From NCBI GenBank assembly GCA_963798915.1, contig CAWCVB010000007.1, positions 64,001 through 128,000 on the forward strand: a DNA stretch of 64,000 nucleotides, in the 5' to 3' direction. The stretch is from an uncultured Gemmatimonadales bacterium. Lineage in GTDB: Bacteria > Gemmatimonadota > Gemmatimonadetes > Gemmatimonadales > GWC2-71-9. A program made the translations under genes and the position numbers. The notes beneath the pieces were generated by a model that made no database searches, was not told where the DNA came from, and saw nothing but the letters and a program-made list of their open reading frames with translations. This document shows, in pieces, positions 31,785 through 40,767 of this stretch; the first letter of the stretch is position 1, and every line of letters starts with the position of its first letter.

Positions 31785-31850
31785 GGCTAACGCGTTGCCG
31801 ATAAGCTGCGGGCGCCGCAGGTGACCGTCAGCTTCAAGGGCCTGTTAGAC
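31785..31850 (-). repeat. attC site
   Basis: GGCTAAC..AAGCTG..CAGCTT..GTTAGAC. Confidence 0.85.
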
Positions 31851-31963
31851 CGCCTTTGATTCCGCAGTCAGTCCTGGCCGCAACCGGTTCCGGTGCGCAG
31901 ACGGGACGCATGCGACATCCTACTTGTTGGCTCCTTTTTGGAGAGTGACACATCCCGAGTGCG

Positions 31964-34234
31964 TCACGCCCACCACGACGGCGCCCCAGTGACGCGCGCG
32001 CGGTGCTGGCGTGTCTCCACCACCAGCCCGCTGCTCGTCGACAGGACGCGACGGAGCGGGTCCTTGGTCTCAACGGAGCCCACGCGCCGGCCCTCCGAAG
32101 TGTACCATGTCACCGCCTTCGGCTCGAGCAGCGCGAAGCCGCGGTCGCCGACCACGACGTCGCTCGCCCCGTACACGTCGACGAGTGCCTCGAGGCGGTC
32201 TCCGGCGAGGACATAGAGCCGGGTGTCCGTCAGGATATAGAGGTGCTCCCCGGCGTCGGCGATGTGCCGTGGTACCGAGCCGATGTCGTAGACGCGAACG
32301 GGGATTCCTCGGGGGGAGACTACGACCACCTTGCCGGAGTACCCTGCGAGAAACGCGCGACCGTCCTTCCCGAGGTTGGCGGCGTAGATCCAATCCGAGG
32401 CGAAGCTCTCGCTCACGCCCATGCTGATGGTGAACTCCATGTCAACTGCCCCGCCGCGTCCGTCCGGCACGGAGCCGCGGGAGGTGGAGAGCACCTGCTC
32501 ATAGCTTACCCGCTCGACCTCGCCGCCGGAGAGCCGGGAAAGATCGGACCCCGTAAGCAGCTCCATCGCGGCGCCCAGCTCCTGGAACCGGGCGGTCGCC
32601 TTCAAATCGCTCTGGTTCCGGTCAGGGTGCCACCGCATCGCGAGCGCCCGGTACTGCTTCGTAATTTCGTCGGGGGTGACCGGGAGCTTGAGCTGCATCA
32701 GCTGGAGCGCCGCCTCGACCTCGGCGCTCGTTCCCGTCCGCTCCGACCGGTCAGCGACGACCCGCGTCCACCCCTCCTTGGACGGCATCCGGAAGGCCCA
32801 CACCACCTGACCGGTCGCGGTGTCAAGGCACCACGCCTCGTCCACCACGGTAACGAGGTAGCGGCTCCGGTCGGAGGAGATGGCGACGGTCCGCGTGTGG
32901 TTCTTTAGCTCATGCGGGCCGATGCCGAAGCGATCTGCCTGGGCGCGGTACTCGGGGAGGTCTGCCAGCGACTCCTCGATGAAGGGCGCGAGCGCCTCGG
33001 TGTAGCCGTGGAGCACCCCCTCGCGCGAGAGGAACAGGATCCCGGTCCCATCAGCGTTGACGTCCGACCGGTAGACGTCGTGAGCGAGGCCCCGCTCGGC
33101 GACAACCTGGCCCTCCCGGTCCGTCACGCGCAGGACGGAGGCGGCGTATTCGAAGCCCTCCCGCTTCCCCTTCGGGTCGAGCCAGTGGGTGTAGCGACCC
33201 GTCGGGAAGACATCCTTGTACGTGGGGTTGGGTCGGTCGGCCGGGGGGAGCTTTTCCTCGGCGGCCAGCACCCAGCCCTCGCCTTGCACCTCGAATCTTT
33301 CGCTTCTGGGCGCCTTGGCCTTCTTGGCTGCGCTGGTCCGGGCGTCCGCCTCACGTTGATCCCGTTCCTCCCACCGCAACGGCGCCCGCGGCAGCCGCAC
33401 GACGGGCAACTGGTCAAGATCGAGAAGGCGCGCCTTCGCCGCCGAGCGCCGGCTCCGGGCTCGTGGCGGGTGGGCCGGAGCGAGGAGGGAGGAGGATGAG
33501 GATGATGACGTAAAGGCGGTGCTGCTCGACGAAGACAAAGGTGGTGGCGACGATGACGCCGCCGCGGTAGAGATGCGGTAGCCGGCCGGATAGAGCTGGT
33601 AGCTAGAGCCCTTCTTAACCCGATGGATGCGCCCGGCCTTCTCCAGCCAGGTGGCGAGATTCGAGGCCCCCGACCCGGACCCGGCCTCGGCGTCGCCGTC
33701 TCCCAGAAGCCGGGACTTGAGCGACGACTGAAGGATCCCAGGCTCGGCCTGCACAAGCGCCACGATGTGAGGCACGACTCCGACGTCGGCCTCCGCTTCC
33801 TCGGCCGACGGCAGCCAGTCCCGAAGGTCCTCCACCGACTCGAGCACTGCGCGAAGCTCTCGGATGCCGTCCCGGTCCTCCATCACGGCCATGAGCTTGG
33901 GCGCCGTATGGACGGCATGTGACGTGTTGATGTCGAACTGGCCGTACTCGCGCTTCCACTGCACGACGACGGCTGGGAGGATCGAGTAGGTTGCCCGGGC
34001 GGCGCGGATGGCGCGAGCGTAGTCTCGATCGCGCTTCCCCGTCTCGATCTCGGCGGAGAGCTCGAAGTATCGGTTTACCACGTCACCACCCGCTTCCTCT
34101 TGGTTGCTCCACCCGCCAGCCCCATAGGCCCGCCGCGACGACTGCACCGGCCGCGCGTTCGACGACGTCGAGGGTGCGGCCGCGCGTGGCGCGTCCCCAC
34201 CGAGGCCAAAGAGGCGTTTGAAGAAGCTCATCAT
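31964..34234 (-). CDS. large multidomain protein with internal DnaJ (J) domain (cassette)
   Basis: EITKQYRALAMRWHPDRN...FQELGAAMELL. Confidence 0.75.
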   Translation of the reverse strand: MMSFFKRLFGLGGDAPRAAAPSTSSNARPVQSSRRAYGAGGWSNQEEAGGDVVNRYFELSAEIETGKRDRDYARAIRAARATYSILPAVVVQWKREYGQFDINTSHAVHTAPKLMAVMEDRDGIRELRAVLESVEDLRDWLPSAEEAEADVGVVPHIVALVQAEPGILQSSLKSRLLGDGDAEAGSGSGASNLATWLEKAGRIHRVKKGSSYQLYPAGYRISTAAASSSPPPLSSSSSTAFTSSSSSSSLLAPAHPPRARSRRSAAKARLLDLDQLPVVRLPRAPLRWEERDQREADARTSAAKKAKAPRSERFEVQGEGWVLAAEEKLPPADRPNPTYKDVFPTGRYTHWLDPKGKREGFEYAASVLRVTDREGQVVAERGLAHDVYRSDVNADGTGILFLSREGVLHGYTEALAPFIEESLADLPEYRAQADRFGIGPHELKNHTRTVAISSDRSRYLVTVVDEAWCLDTATGQVVWAFRMPSKEGWTRVVADRSERTGTSAEVEAALQLMQLKLPVTPDEITKQYRALAMRWHPDRNQSDLKATARFQELGAAMELLTGSDLSRLSGGEVERVSYEQVLSTSRGSVPDGRGGAVDMEFTISMGVSESFASDWIYAANLGKDGRAFLAGYSGKVVVVSPRGIPVRVYDIGSVPRHIADAGEHLYILTDTRLYVLAGDRLEALVDVYGASDVVVGDRGFALLEPKAVTWYTSEGRRVGSVETKDPLRRVLSTSSGLVVETRQHRARVTGAPSWWA

Positions 34235-34402
34235 CAGGAAGCCGGACCGAGCAGAGGCGTCGACGAGAGAGGCGAAACCACAGGGGACGACATTACCGCC
34301 TCCCGCTCACAGGCCACATGTAGAGTCCTCCAGGCGTTTCGCGGCCCATGGAGACGCTCGGAAATGTCAGAGGGCGTATCCGTCACGGCTCCAAGTGGGT
34401 CG

Positions 34403-34436
34403 GTCTAACGTCATGCCAATCAGCGGCCTGTTGGGC
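34403..34436 (-). repeat. internally deleted attC site
   Basis: GTCTAAC...GTTGGGC spanning only 34 bp. Confidence 0.6.
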
Positions 34437-34442
34437 AGTGAG

Positions 34443-34955
34443 TCATGCCGGTGCGTACTCAAGAGACACCGTACCTGTCTTGATATAGATTCGATGATTC
34501 ACGAGCATGAGCTTGGTTTGCTTGGCTAGGTGGGGGAGCAGCGGAATCCCTCCGCCAAGCAGCACGGGGATCACCGCAAGCTCGACCGAGTCAACGAGCC
34601 GCAGTTCAAGCAAGCTGCGGAACAGCTCGCCGCCTCCGAATAGCCAAATATCCTTCCCATCCACCCCTTTGAGCTCCGCCACTGTCTCCTTCAGGTTACC
34701 GGAGACCGTCACTTCAGGGCAGTCCTCCTGACGGAGCGTGTGCGAAAAAACGTAGGCTTGCATGCCAGGCATGCCACTCCCACCCTGTTGCCGTGTCGCC
34801 TCGTAGGTCTTTCGACCGAGCAGAACCGTGTCGAATGCGCCCATCAGCGCGCCAAAGTCAATATCCGGATCCATGACGATCCAGTCGTACTCGCCTTTCG
34901 GCCCGGCGATATATCCGTCAAGGCTCACGGCCACCGAAAACCGAACTCTTCTCAT
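34443..34955 (-). CDS. dihydrofolate reductase family protein (cassette)
   Basis: SLDGYIAG, LLGRKTYE, IWLFGGGELF. Confidence 0.9.
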   Translation of the reverse strand: MRRVRFSVAVSLDGYIAGPKGEYDWIVMDPDIDFGALMGAFDTVLLGRKTYEATRQQGGSGMPGMQAYVFSHTLRQEDCPEVTVSGNLKETVAELKGVDGKDIWLFGGGELFRSLLELRLVDSVELAVIPVLLGGGIPLLPHLAKQTKLMLVNHRIYIKTGTVSLEYAPA

Positions 34956-34973
34956 GTGTGAGTCCTCTCGTCT

Positions 34974-35039
34974 GCCCAACGCGATGCCGATCACCTGCGA
35001 GCCGCGCGGCGGATCGACAGGTGCATCGGCTTGTTAGCC
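34974..35039 (-). repeat. attC site
   Basis: GCCCAAC..GCCGATCACCTG..CAGGTGCATCGGCTT-GTTAGCC. Confidence 0.88.
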
Positions 35040-35045
35040 GTCCTG

Positions 35046-35378
35046 TCAACGATCCGCCCTGGCCGTGCGAGTGGGAGGCGATATCGAAGCGAAGACCGCT
35101 CCCGCAAGGCCAACGTAGACCAACGACGACCACGACGACGCCGCATGGCCAGGTCCAAGGGTCCAAGCCGCCCCGTACACGGATACTCCACACACCACCG
35201 TTGACTGCAGGAACCGGAGCCAGCCATGCGGATTGGCTCGCCACGATTCAAGAACGCCCACAGCGAATAGATAAGGAAGCACAAAGTTCCATGGATTCTT
35301 GTCTGATCCTTCGATCAGCACGCCCGCCAGAATCAACACACCTGAAAGGACCAGTGCAACGATCTTCGGTCTTGGCAT
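35046..35378 (-). CDS. hypothetical membrane protein (cassette)
   Basis: Four hydrophobic segments, GGAGG RBS, bounded by attC sites. Confidence 0.7.
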   Translation of the reverse strand: MPRPKIVALVLSGVLILAGVLIEGSDKNPWNFVLPYLFAVGVLESWRANPHGWLRFLQSTVVCGVSVYGAAWTLGPGHAASSWSSLVYVGLAGAVFASISPPTRTARADR

Positions 35379-35400
35379 CAGGGCCTCCGATTGGTGGTAC

Positions 35401-35535
35401 GGCTAACGACCGGCGCTTCAGCGGCGGGGCGGTCGCCCCGCCACTATTCGGCGTTCAGTCTCGGCCTGACTGGCGCTGGCGGGTCAGGGAGCTGCGGCCG
35501 ACGGCCGCCCCGCCAGCTGCAAGCGCGGGATAGAC
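35401..35535 (-). repeat. attC site
   Basis: GGCTAAC ... GCTGCAAGCGCGG-GATAGAC. Confidence 0.82.
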
Positions 35536-35536
35536 C

Positions 35537-35791
35537 TCAGCGGCGCGACTGCCAGCGCCGCGGATGACGTCGGGAATGCGCTACCGCGATGACCGCGATC
35601 TGCTCTGGTTCCATGACGTAATACACGGCATAGGGAAAGCGTCGCACGTGCGCGCGCTGAATGGCGGCGAATGTCGCTCGCACGGCTCGGGTGAACTCGC
35701 TCCCGAGGCCCGCGACGCGGCACTCATACCAAGTGAAGGCTTCGTCGAGGTCGGCGGTGGCTTCCGGCTCAACGAGAAAGCGCGGCGTCAT
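35537..35791 (-). pseudogene. RelE/ParE toxin with 14-aa in-frame deletion
   Basis: Paralog of 51034-51330 lacking QPESYARAHEEIRR. Confidence 0.75.
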
Positions 35792-36003
35792 CGGCCGCGC
35801 TGCTCGATTTCTCGGAGGACGTCTTCGGCCGGTCGTCCCCGGCCGGGGTCCTGCCGATGGAGCGCGAGGCGCCGCTCCAACTCCGCCTTGAGTTCGAGGG
35901 CCATGGCCTCGTCTCGAGGCTCGAGACTGTCCCAAAGATCCTCGGCGAGCTGAATCCGCTCCTCGGGGGTCAGATGGGAAAAGTCGAAGATGGGCGAGGT
36001 CAT
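35788..36003 (-). CDS. addiction module antitoxin
   Basis: LTPEERIQLAEDLWDSL...AELERRL. Confidence 0.88.
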   Translation of the reverse strand: MTSPIFDFSHLTPEERIQLAEDLWDSLEPRDEAMALELKAELERRLALHRQDPGRGRPAEDVLREIEQRGR

Positions 36004-36053
36004 AGATCCAATTTGGCGTCCGGCCCGAACGAGCGCAAGCAAGCCTGGCTGAG

Positions 36054-36196
36054 GTCTAACGTTCCGCGCTTAAGCTGCCAGCGACTCCTCGCCCGCAGCG
36101 AATTCTCCGATTCCTTCTGAGTATGCACCGCCAGGGGCCCGCCGCTAAGGAGGCTGGGGGCCGTGCGCGCTGGACGGCTTTAAGCGCTTGTTAGGC
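36054..36196 (-). repeat. attC site
   Basis: GTCTAAC..GCGCTTAAGC ... GCTTTAAGCGCTT-GTTAGGC. Confidence 0.88.
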
Positions 36197-36235
36197 GGCC
36201 CACCAAGCGCAGCCCCGCCCACTCATCGGTCGCCA

Positions 36236-36817
36236 TTATCGGGCCGCCGGGACCGGGACCCCAGGCTTCAGGTCCACATTATGATAGGCGACGATCTTCC
36301 ACTCCCCAGCCTGCCTCGCGACGACCTGCAGCAGGCGCGTCCGCAGTCGCCCTTGCCCATCGAGCGTCATCCGTGGCGGTGGCCGCGCCACACCCGTGAC
36401 CGCGGTCAACACCTCAACTACGGCGACATCGGGAGTGATGAAACGGAGCGATACGATATTCTGCTGTAACTGTGTGTGCTTGAAGAGGCTTCCGAAGATC
36501 ATCTCGTGCTGCCGCAGAAATCCCGCATAGCCCGTGAAGAACTCACCTCGAATGTTGGTGAACGTGCCGTTCGCCGCGAAGTGACGCGAGTAGGCGGTCG
36601 CGTCTCCCTGGTCCCACGCCGTGATCTCGTCTTCCACAATCTGGCGAATGGCGGTCGTGTCGACGGACGTCTGCGCGCTGAGCCGCGTCGCCAGGATGCT
36701 GAGGCCAAGAACCCAGACGAATGTGCTGACAGGTCCCTGGCAACATGGCTGCCGTGTGAGACCGTGCGTGCGTGTGGTACCTTCGCAAACCGGGAGCGCC
36801 ATAGCGAATCCCTCCAT
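36236..36817 (-). CDS. SgcJ/EcaC (NTF2-like) family protein (cassette)
   Basis: AWDQGDATAY...FTNIRG...GEWKIVAYHN; start uncertain. Confidence 0.8.
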   Translation of the reverse strand: MEGFAMALPVCEGTTRTHGLTRQPCCQGPVSTFVWVLGLSILATRLSAQTSVDTTAIRQIVEDEITAWDQGDATAYSRHFAANGTFTNIRGEFFTGYAGFLRQHEMIFGSLFKHTQLQQNIVSLRFITPDVAVVEVLTAVTGVARPPPRMTLDGQGRLRTRLLQVVARQAGEWKIVAYHNVDLKPGVPVPAAR

Positions 36818-36839
36818 AAGCCAGACCGCGCACCGGCCC

Positions 36840-36953
36840 GCCTAACTCCCTGCGCTTCTGCGGCAGGGCCTGGGGCGGGCGGCCCATTCCTCGTAAAACT
36901 ATCGCGGGCCGCCCGCCCCGCTAGGCCCTGACCGCAGCAAGCGCGGGTTAGCT
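36840..36953 (-). repeat. attC site
   Basis: GCCTAAC..GCGCTTCTGCGG ... CCGCAGCAAGCGCGG-GTTAGCT. Confidence 0.88.
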
Positions 36954-36954
36954 G

Positions 36955-37370
36955 TCAGCTGCCCGCGAGATGCTGGCGAATGAATTCACGAGGCGTCAAC
37001 ACCTCAATGCCACGCCATCCAGAAACATCGACCAGATGCCTGTCCCCCGAGACAATGACAGATGCGCCCGATGCGACGGCAGCAGCGCGGAACTTATCGT
37101 CGTCGGGATCCGCGCTCACTGGGACCGGGAGCGGAAAGGCGTCGAGCAGAGGCGAGTGGACCGTCAGGATCTCAAGAATCGTCGAAAACACTTGCGGCCC
37201 TCCGGATATCGCGCCGCCATGGCGTGGCCAACCCGCGCAGTCTCTTCGAGGATGTCGGGCGTGAGCACCAGCGCCAGCAGATCCTCGGACCATGCATCAA
37301 CAATCCGGCCGGGCACACCGCCAAAGAAGATCCCCGAAACCAACACGTTGGTGTCGAGGACCACTCTCAC
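36955..37370 (-). pseudogene. PIN-domain (VapC-like) toxin, frameshifted
   Basis: MRVVLDTNVLVS in one frame; DPDDDKF...IVSGDRHL in another. Confidence 0.85.
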
Positions 37371-37630
37371 TTGGAGCGGCGCACCTTCGCCACGGCCTTC
37401 GCCACGTCTGAGGGTTTCATTCCTGAGCGCTTGGCGGCCAGTCGGGCTTCACGAACCAGCTTCGCAAACTCGTCGCGGGAGGGTGCCTCCAACGTCTTAA
37501 AAATCACGACATCCCCGTCGCCGAGGACGACGAACTGGGTGCCAGCCTTGAGGCCGAGTCGGTTGCGAATTTCTTCGGGGATCACGACCTGCCCCTTCGA
37601 GGAGAGGGTTGTCGTGGCGGTTTCGCTCAT
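37367..37630 (-). CDS. AbrB/MazE-family antitoxin
   Basis: LSSKGQVVIPEEIRNRLGLKAG. Confidence 0.9.
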   Translation of the reverse strand: MSETATTTLSSKGQVVIPEEIRNRLGLKAGTQFVVLGDGDVVIFKTLEAPSRDEFAKLVREARLAAKRSGMKPSDVAKAVAKVRRSK

Positions 37631-37703
37631 GGCTGCTCCTGGTATGCCTTACCAGTAAGATGCCTGCTATCAGAATGACCGTCAAGGGAGGAGCTGTAGA
37701 GCT

Positions 37704-39007
37704 TGAGCAACCGGGATGATCCTTAACACCGTAAACCGGGAACATGGTTTACACCTCGGGGAGCTGCCGGTCAGCTCCGAATGATGTAATCCCGCTCATT
37801 GAAGCGAGCAATCAGGACCTTGCAGAAGTAGATCGACCAGATGCCGTCGTCGACCTCATCGAGCCCCACGTCGTAGCCTTCGAGGGGCGTGGCCAGGAAG
37901 AGCAACCGGCGCCCAAAGCGAAAGGTGCCGCCGCTGGTGATCCGCTTCACGAGGTAATGCCCTGGGTACTCGATCGGCGGCAAGCGGCGCGGATATTCCC
38001 GCGGTGAGGGCCGATAGACCGAGGCCGGGGTGGCGCCGTGGAGCGAGTCATGCGGCCGCACCTCGTTGTACTCGTGACGGAAGGTGTCGAAGGCGCGTTG
38101 CTGCGCGGGTAACGTGGCGCGCGGGGGGCGAATGGCGCCGGCCTTGAGCGTCTTGTGCATCCGTTCGTGCGCGCCGTTCTGCTGGGGGTGCGCGGGCAGG
38201 ATGCGCTGGTGCTGAATGCCGAGGCGGATCCACCAGACGTTGAGCTGGGAGAGCCCGTGGATCGCCTGGGTGGCGAACGGGACGCCGTTGTCGGTGCGGA
38301 TCGCGCGTGGCAGGCCATACTCCCGGAAGGTGCGCTCAAAGGCCGGCTTGGTGCCCGCCGTCTGCACATTCCGCAAGCTGTGACACGTCAACAGATACCG
38401 TGAATGCTGATCGGAAATGGTCAGCGGGTAGCAGTAGAGCCCGTCTCCCGTCCGGAACTGGCCCTTGAAGTCGGCGGCCCAGAGGTCGTTGGGCTCCGTG
38501 GTGGTGGGCGGGACCGTGCCGGGGTGAACGGGGCGCCGCCGCCGCCGGCGCTTGGTCACCAGGCCTTCGCGGGCGAGCAGATCCCCGACGGTACTGATCG
38601 CCGGCCACGCGGTGATGCGACGATGCCGCGGCGCCAGGTACTGGAGCAGCTTTTTCGGTCCCCACTGCGGATGCTTGCGCCGGACGGTGCAGAGGATCGC
38701 CGCGATCGGATCCGGGATGCGATGCGGGCAGTGGTGCGGGGCACGACTCCGGTCCGCCAGGGCGGCCCGGCCGCCGGCGTCGGCGCGCTCCACCCACTTG
38801 TAGCCGGTCGGGCGGCTGATGCCATACCGTTCACAGAGCTCGGTCATCGAGTAGAGACCGGCGCGGACATCCGCAATGAAGCGTTCACGTTGTTCCATCG
38901 GGCACGTCGCAGTCCAGGGCATGGCCAACCTCCGGGGGGTCGGCCAGGATAGCAGTGTAAACCATGTTCCCGGTATACTCTGTTACCTATGTACCCGGTT
39001 TGTACCA
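37704..39007 (-). mobile_element. IS481-family insertion sequence
   Basis: Inverted repeat ACCGGGAACATGGTTTACAC / GTGTAAACCATGTTCCCGGT flanking the transposase; outer ends approximate. Confidence 0.85.
37771..38922 (-). CDS. IS481-family DDE transposase
   Basis: HTH, WAADFKG, RTDNG.PF, QNGAHERMHKTLK. Confidence 0.93.
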   Translation of the reverse strand: MPWTATCPMEQRERFIADVRAGLYSMTELCERYGISRPTGYKWVERADAGGRAALADRSRAPHHCPHRIPDPIAAILCTVRRKHPQWGPKKLLQYLAPRHRRITAWPAISTVGDLLAREGLVTKRRRRRRPVHPGTVPPTTTEPNDLWAADFKGQFRTGDGLYCYPLTISDQHSRYLLTCHSLRNVQTAGTKPAFERTFREYGLPRAIRTDNGVPFATQAIHGLSQLNVWWIRLGIQHQRILPAHPQQNGAHERMHKTLKAGAIRPPRATLPAQQRAFDTFRHEYNEVRPHDSLHGATPASVYRPSPREYPRRLPPIEYPGHYLVKRITSGGTFRFGRRLLFLATPLEGYDVGLDEVDDGIWSIYFCKVLIARFNERDYIIRS

Positions 39008-39014
39008 GCTGGAC

Positions 39015-39106
39015 AGCTAACGCCAGCTTCTGCTGCGAGCGGACTCCAGGGCGCCCATCCGGCCACCGATCGACGGTCCGCTCGTCGGCAGCAAGCAGAG
39101 TTAGGC
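39015..39106 (-). repeat. attC site
   Basis: AGCTAAC..GCTTCTGCTGCGAGCGG ... CCGCTCGTCGGCAGCAAGC..GTTAGGC. Confidence 0.85.
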
Positions 39107-39119
39107 TGCCACCTGGAAT

Positions 39120-40686
39120 ATGCGTCCGAATGACCCGTCCCGCACGATTAGGTCACGCCGTCCGCACCGACCCCGTCGACGCTTCGCGCTTCCCGGTCGG
39201 AGCGCGCGCATGGCTCAGGCGGTGCCGGCGGTCCTCGGCGTCTACCAGCCACAACGCCCGCAGGCCTCGCCGCTGTTTCGGTTGGTGCAGGATCATCTGC
39301 GTGGCCTGCAGACGGTCTACGACGAGCGCTTCGCGCAGGAGTACGGCCCCTGGCGCCCGGTCATGGGTGAGGTGGCCGAGAAGTTCCTGGCCTGCGGGGT
39401 TCTGGCGCACGGCTTTGCCCGCATCCGTTGTGACGACTGTGCCCACGAGGACCTGCTCGCCTTCTCCTGCAAGGGTCGCTACTTCTGCCCAGCTGCCACG
39501 CCAAGCGCCTCGCGCGCTGGACGCAGTGGCTGGATACCACGCTCCTCGCGAGTGTGCCCCACCGCCAGGTGGTGCTGACGCTTCCCAAGCGGCTCCGGGC
39601 CTACTGTCTATATCGGCGACGCCTGCTCGGCGAGATCGCCCGGGTCGCGGCGGGCACCGTCACGGCGGCCATCCGCACCCTGACCGGCGAGCGGCATCTC
39701 GCGGTCGGGATCGTCGCCTGCCTGCAGACCCATGGCTCGCGCGCCAACTGGCATCCGCATCTGCACCTGCTGGTTACCGATGGCGGGTTCCGGCCGGATG
39801 GGACCTTCGTGACGTGGCCGGTGCACGACACCGCGCGGTTGACCGAGGCGTTTCGCCGCGCGGTGCTCCGGCTGTTTGTGCGGTTGGAGCTCTTCGACGA
39901 GGATCAAGCCGCCGGGATGCTCACCTGGCCGCACTCCGGTTTCCCTCGAGCGGCTGACCTACGACCGCGCGATGCACACCGTGACCTACCGCTTGGACAA
40001 GTCGGTGGGTCCCACGGCGGGCACCGAAACGCGTCGATCCGAGAGCGTTCCTCGCGCGCGTGCTGGTGCACATCCCGCACAAGGGCCAGGTCACCACACG
40101 CTACTATGGCTGGTACGCCAATCGGCCCCGCGGCATGCGGCGACGGGCCGAGTCTGGTGGGGCCAACCCGCCGACACCGATCGTCACCACGCCCCGGCTC
40201 GCGCCCACCGAGGCCAGCCGCCGTTGGGCCGCGCTCCTGCGGCAGATCTTCGAGGTCGACCCGCTTCGTTGCCCCACCTGCCAGGGCGCCATGCGGATCG
40301 TCGCGGTCATCACCCTGCGCTCGGTGATTGAGCAGATCCTGGCGCACCTCGGCACCCGCACCACTGCCGCGGCACGGAGCCCGCCGTCCACTCGGGCGCC
40401 GGCGCCTTGGGGCCCGCCGAGTCGACGCACGGCCACGCCGGCGTCCTGACAGACCGTGACCTCGCAGGACCGAATGTCACCCCGGCCACCCGGTCGGGGA
40501 TGTTCGGGGTGCGCGTCGGCCCGACAGAGCGCCCCCGCCCGCGGCCCCCGACCCGCCGCGAGGCCAAATGGACCAGCGAAGACCCGAGCCGACACCCCAA
40601 CGGCCCCACCCGCACCGCCGGCAGGCCGGTGGTGCGGCGCCGGGAGCTGCGGTACCTTCGGGTGACCAGGATTGAAATTCCTATTC
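39120..40686 (+). mobile_element. IS91/ISCR-like element 2 (frameshifted, internally deleted transposase) with oriIS
   Basis: Zn-binding CG...CDDC...SCKGRYFCP, HUH motif HPHLH, RYYGWYANR; ends GATTGAAATTCCTATTC. Confidence 0.88.
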
Positions 40687-40767
40687 GGCACGTTCTGGAA
40701 TGAGGAGACCGATGTGCGTCGGTGCACCTCGCCTCGACCGACCTTGTGCCGTTCAGGAGGGCCCGCC

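Noticed and set aside
33488..33560. Poly-Ser tract as a separate repeat element
   Set aside because: A low-complexity linker within the J-domain protein ORF.
40727..40757. Fifth ECF promoter upstream of the S41 peptidase (CCGTTCAGG)
   Set aside because: No TGGCGGG at the required spacing; the match overlaps the AGGAGG RBS.
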